Shown here: piece by piece, positions 59,501 to 64,000 of the stretch | Layout of the letters: each line of letters begins with the position of its first letter | Position numbering within the stretch: the first letter of the stretch is position 1 | Assembly: GCF_046119375.1 (NCBI RefSeq) | Contig: NW_027362764.1 | Coordinates: 452,538,001 to 452,602,000, forward strand | From: Phyllobates terribilis | Lineage: Eukaryota | Direction of reading: 5' to 3' | Length of the DNA: 64,000 bases | Position numbers and translations under genes: made by a program | Notes under the pieces: model-generated | Database searches by the model: none | What the model saw: only the letters and a program-made list of their open reading frames with translations | Told to the model about the DNA's origin: nothing

Positions 59501-62500
59501 TAATATTTTTCTGCATCTAGCTCTGAAAAAATATTTGGGCTTCCAGCAGTGTGTGGGACTTGTTCTTTTAGTCCATCTATACTGACCTCCATCAGGTTGC
59601 AAACTGGATATAATTTTTTTCTGCATCTAGCTCTGAAAAAATATTTGGCCTTCTAGCAGTGTGTGGGATTTGTTCTATTAGTCCATCTATACTGACCTCC
59701 ATCACGTTGCAAATTCAAAATAATTTTTTGTCTGCATCTAGCTCTGAAAAAATATTTAGCCTTCTAGCAGTGTGTGGGACTTTCTCTATTAGTCCATCTA
59801 TACTGACCTCCATCAGGTTGCAAATTAAAAATAATTTTTATCTGCATTTAGCTCTGAAAAAATATTTGGGCTTCTAGCTGTATGTGGGACTTGTTCTATT
59901 AGTCCATCTATACTGACCTCCATCAGGTTGCAAATTAAAAATAATTTTTATCTGCATCTAGCTCTGAAAAAATATTTGGCCTTCTAGCAGTGTGTGGGAC
60001 TTGTTCTATTAGTCCACCTATACTGACCTCCATCACGTTGCAAATTCAAAATAATTTTTTGACTGCATCTAGCTCTGAAAAAATGTTTGGCCTTCTAGCA
60101 GTGTGTGGGACTTTCTCTATTAGTCCATCTATACAGACCTCCATCAGGTTGCAAATTAAAAATAATTTTTATCTGCATCTACCTCTGAAAAAATATTTGG
60201 GCTTCTAGCTGTGTGTGGGACTTGTTCTATTAGTCCATCTATACTGACCTCCATCAGGTTGCAAACTGAATATAATTTTTTTTTGCATCTAGCTCTGAAA
60301 ATATATTTGGCCTTCTAGCAGTGTGTGTGACTTTCTCTATTAGTCCATCTATACTGACCTCCATCAGGTTGCAAATTAAAAATAATTTTTATCTGCATCT
60401 TGCTCTGTTAAAATATTTGGCCTTTTAGCAGTGTGTGGGACTTTCTCTATTAGTCCATCTGTACTGACCTCCATAAGGTTGCAAATTAAAAATAATTTTT
60501 ATCTGCATCTAGCTCTGAAAAAATATTTGACCTTCTAGCAGTGTGTGGAACTTTCTCTATTAGTCCATCTATACTGACCTCCATCAGGTTGCAAATTAAA
60601 AATATTTCTTTGTCTGCGTGTAGCTCTGAAAAAACATTTGGCCTTCTAGCAGTGTGTGGGACTTTCTCTATTAGTCCATCTATACTGACCTCCATCAGGT
60701 TGCAAACTGAATATATTTTTTTTCTGCATCTACCTCTGAAAAAATATTTGGGCTTCTAGCTGTGTGTGGGACTTGTTCTACTAGTCCATCTATACAGACC
60801 TCCATCAGGTTGCAAACTGAATATCATTTTTTTCTGCATCTAGCTCTGAAAAAATATTTGGCCTTCTAGCTGTGTGTGGGACTTGTTCTATTAGTCCGTC
60901 TATACTGACCTCCATCACGTTGCAAATTCAAAATAATTTTTTGTCTGCATCCAGCTCTGAAAAAATATTTGGCCTTCTAGCAGTGTGTGGGACTTTCTCT
61001 ATTAGTCCATCTATACTGACCTCCATCAGGTTGCAAATGAAAAATATTTTTTTGTCTGCATGTAGCTCTGAAAAAATATTTGGCCTTCTAGCAGTGTGTG
61101 GGACTTTCTCTATTAGTCCATCTATACTGACCTCCATCAGGTTGCAAACTGAATATATTTTTTTTCTGCATCTACCTCTGAAAAAATATTTGGGCTTCTA
61201 GCTGTGTGTGGGACTTGTTCTATTAGTCCATCTATACTGACCTACATCAGGTTGCAAACTGAATATAATTTTTTTCTGCATCTAGCTCTGAAAAAATATT
61301 TGGCCTTCTAGCAGTGTGTGGGACTTTCTCTATTAGTCCATCTATACTGACCTCCATCAGGTTGCAAATTGAATATAATTTTTTTCTGCATCTAGCTCTG
61401 AAAAAAAATGTGGGCTTATAGCAGTGTGTGGGACTTGTTCTATTAGTCCATCTATACTGACCTCCATCACGTTGCAAATTCAAAATAATTTTTTGTCTGC
61501 ATCTTGCTCTGAAAAAATATTTGACCTTCTAGCAGTGTGTGGGACTTTCTCTATTAGTCCATCAATACTGACCTCCATCAGGTTGCAAATTAAAAATATT
61601 TTTTTGTCTGCATCTAGCTCTGAAAAAATATTTGGCCTTCTGGCAGTGTGTGGGACTTGTTCTATTAGTCCATCTATACTGACCTCCATCACGTTGCAAA
61701 TTCAAAATAATTTTTTGTCTGCATCTTGCTCTGAAAAAATATTTGGCCTTCTAGCAGTGTGTGGGACTTTCTCTATTAGTCCATCAATACTGACCTCCAT
61801 CAGGTTGCAAATTAAAAATATTTTTTTGTCTGCATCTAGCTCTGAAAAAATATTTGGCCTTCTAGCAGTGTGTGGGACTTTCTCTATTAGTCCATCTATA
61901 CTGACCTCCATCAGGTTGCAAACTGAATATATATTTTTTCTGCATCTACCTCTGAAAAAATATTTGGGCTTCTAGCTGTGTGTGGGACTTTTTCTATTAG
62001 TCCATCTATACTGACCTCCATCAGGTTGCAAACTGAATATAATTTTTTTCTGCATCTAGCTCTGAAAAAATATTTGGCCTTCTAGCAGTGTGTGGGACTT
62101 GTTCTATTAGTCCACCTATACTGACCTCCATCAGGTTGCAAATTCAAAATAACTTTTTGTCTGCATCTAGCTCTGAAAAAATATTTGGCCTTCTAGCAGT
62201 GTGTGGGACTTTCTCTATTAGTCCATCTATACTGACCTCCATCAGGTTGCAAACTGGATATAATTTTTTTCTGCATCTAGCTCTGAAAAAATATTTGGCC
62301 TTCTAGCAGTGTGTGGGACTTTCTCTATTAGTCCATCTATACAGACCTCCATCAGGTTGCAAATTAAAAATAATTTTTATCTGCATCTACCTCTGAAAAA
62401 ATATTTGGGCTTCTAGCTGTGTGTGGGACTTGTTCTATTAGTCCATCTATACTGACCTCCATCAGGTTGCAAACTGAATATAATTTTTTTTTGCATCTAG

Positions 62501-64000
62501 CTCTGAAAATATATTTGGCCTTCTAGCAGTGTGTGTGACTTTCTCTATTAGTCCATCTATACTGACCTCCATCAGGTTGCAAATTAAAAATAATTTTTAT
62601 CTGCATCTTGCTCTGTTAAAATATTTGGCCTTCTAGCAGTGTGTGGGACTTTCTCTATTAGTCCATCTGTACTGACCTCCATAAGGTTGCAAATTAAAAA
62701 TAATTTTTATCTGCATCTAGCACTGAAAAAATATTTGACCTTCTAGCAGTGTGTGGAACTTTCTCTATTAGTCCATCTATACTGACCTCCATCAGGTTGC
62801 AAATTAAAAATATTTCTTTGTCTGCGTGTAGCTCTGAAAAAATATTTGGCCTTCTAGCAGTGTGTGGGACTTTCTCTATTAGTCCATCTATACTGACCTC
62901 CATCAGGTTGCAAACTGAATATATTTTTTTTCTGCATCTACCTCTGAAAAAATATTTGGGCTTCTAGCTGTGTGTGGGACTTGTTCTACTAGTCCATCTA
63001 TACAGACCTCCATCAGGTTGCAAACTGAATATCATTTTTTTCTGCATCTAGCTCTGAAAAAATATTTGGCCTTCTAGCTGTGTGTGGGACTTGTTCTATT
63101 AGTCCGTCTATACTGACCTCCATCACGTTGCAAATTCAAAATAATTTTTTGTCTGCATCCAGCTCTGAAAAAATATTTGGCCTTCTAGCAGTGTGTGGGA
63201 CTTTCTCTATTAGTCCATCTATACTGACCTCCATCAGGTTGCAAATGAAAAATATTTTTTTGTCTGCATGTAGCTCTGAAAAAATATTTGGCCTTCTAGC
63301 AGTGTGTGGGACTTTCTCTATTAGTCCATCTATACTGACCTCCATCAGGTTGCAAACTGAATATATTTTTTTTCTGCATCTACCTCTGAAAAAATATTTG
63401 GGCTTCTAGCTGTGTGTGGGACTTGTTCTACTAGTCCATCTATACAGACCTCCATCAGGTTGCAAACTGAATATCATTTTTTTCTGCATCTAGCTCTGAA
63501 AAAATATTTGGCCTTCTAGCTGTGTGTGGGACTTGTTCTATTAGTCCGTCTATACTGACCTCCATCACGTTGCAAATTCAAAATAATTTTTTGTCTGCAT
63601 CCAGCTCTGAAAAAATATTTGGCCTTCTAGCAGTGTGTGGGACTTTCTCTATTAGTCCATCTATACTGACCTCCATCAGGTTGCAAATGAAAAATAATTT
63701 TTTGTCTGCATCTAGCTCTGAAAAAATATTTGGCCTTCTAGCAGTGTGTGGGACTTTCTCTATTAGTCCATCTATACTGACCTCCATCAGGTTGCAAACT
63801 GAATATATTTTTTTTCTGCATCTACCTCTGAAAAAATATTTGGGCTTCTAGCAGTCTGTGGGACTTGTTCTATTAGTCCATCTATACTGACCTTCATTAG
63901 GTTGCAAATTGAAAATAATTTTTAACTGCATCTACCTCTGAAAAAATATTTGGGCTTCTAGCTGTGTGTGGGACTTGTTCTATTAGTCCATCTATACTGA
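56545..64000 (-). mobile_element. hAT family 1, copy 3, inserted into copy 2; runs off the window
   Basis: TIR TAGAGATGAGCG after GTTCTTAC; the equivalent site in copy 1 (near 38790) is empty. Confidence 0.9.
57350..64000 (+). repeat. Expanded 110/111-bp satellite array, at least 60 monomers, extending past the window end
   Basis: Monomer TGCATCTAGCTCTGAAAAAATATTTGGCCTTCTAGCAGTGTGTGGGACTTTCTCTATTAGTCCATCTATACTGACCTCCATCAGGTTGCAAA...; recurring ORF starts are spaced in multiples of about 110.4 bp. Confidence 0.98.

Noticed and set aside
57385-63851. Recurrent MCGTFSISPSILTS and MEVSIDGLIEKV ORFs
   Set aside because: They arise from 111-bp monomers being a multiple of three and break at every 110-bp monomer.

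Overview
Eukaryotic, vertebrate-type DNA, probably from an anuran (inferred from the T2/Kolobok MITEs, the Passport-like Tc1 and the hAT and Penelope families). No host gene is supportable; almost the whole window is nested mobile elements and tandem repeats. (1) Two inverted Helitron-like elements carry a ~31-33 bp minisatellite (1-3509 +, 25759-~28265 -). (2) There are several Tc1 families, and one Passport-like copy keeps an open 338-aa DD34E transposase (49720-50736). (3) Three Penelope-like retroelements each carry a hammerhead ribozyme motif. The largest (30121-46383, 14-bp TSD) has an intron-like array in its non-coding end and is split mid-RT by a 10.9-kb hAT. (4) That hAT (33186-44085, 8-bp TSD) carries a solo LTR, a dead Ngaro/DIRS-like fragment (RNase H, tyrosine recombinase, SGNH hydrolase) and a 110/111-bp satellite. 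(5) Two more copies of this hAT lie inverted at 52856 and 56545, the third inserted into the second. The satellite has about 5, 18 and at least 60 monomers in the three copies, so this window may record a DNA transposon seeding and expanding a satellite. Most ORFs in the supplied track are artefacts of the repeats.
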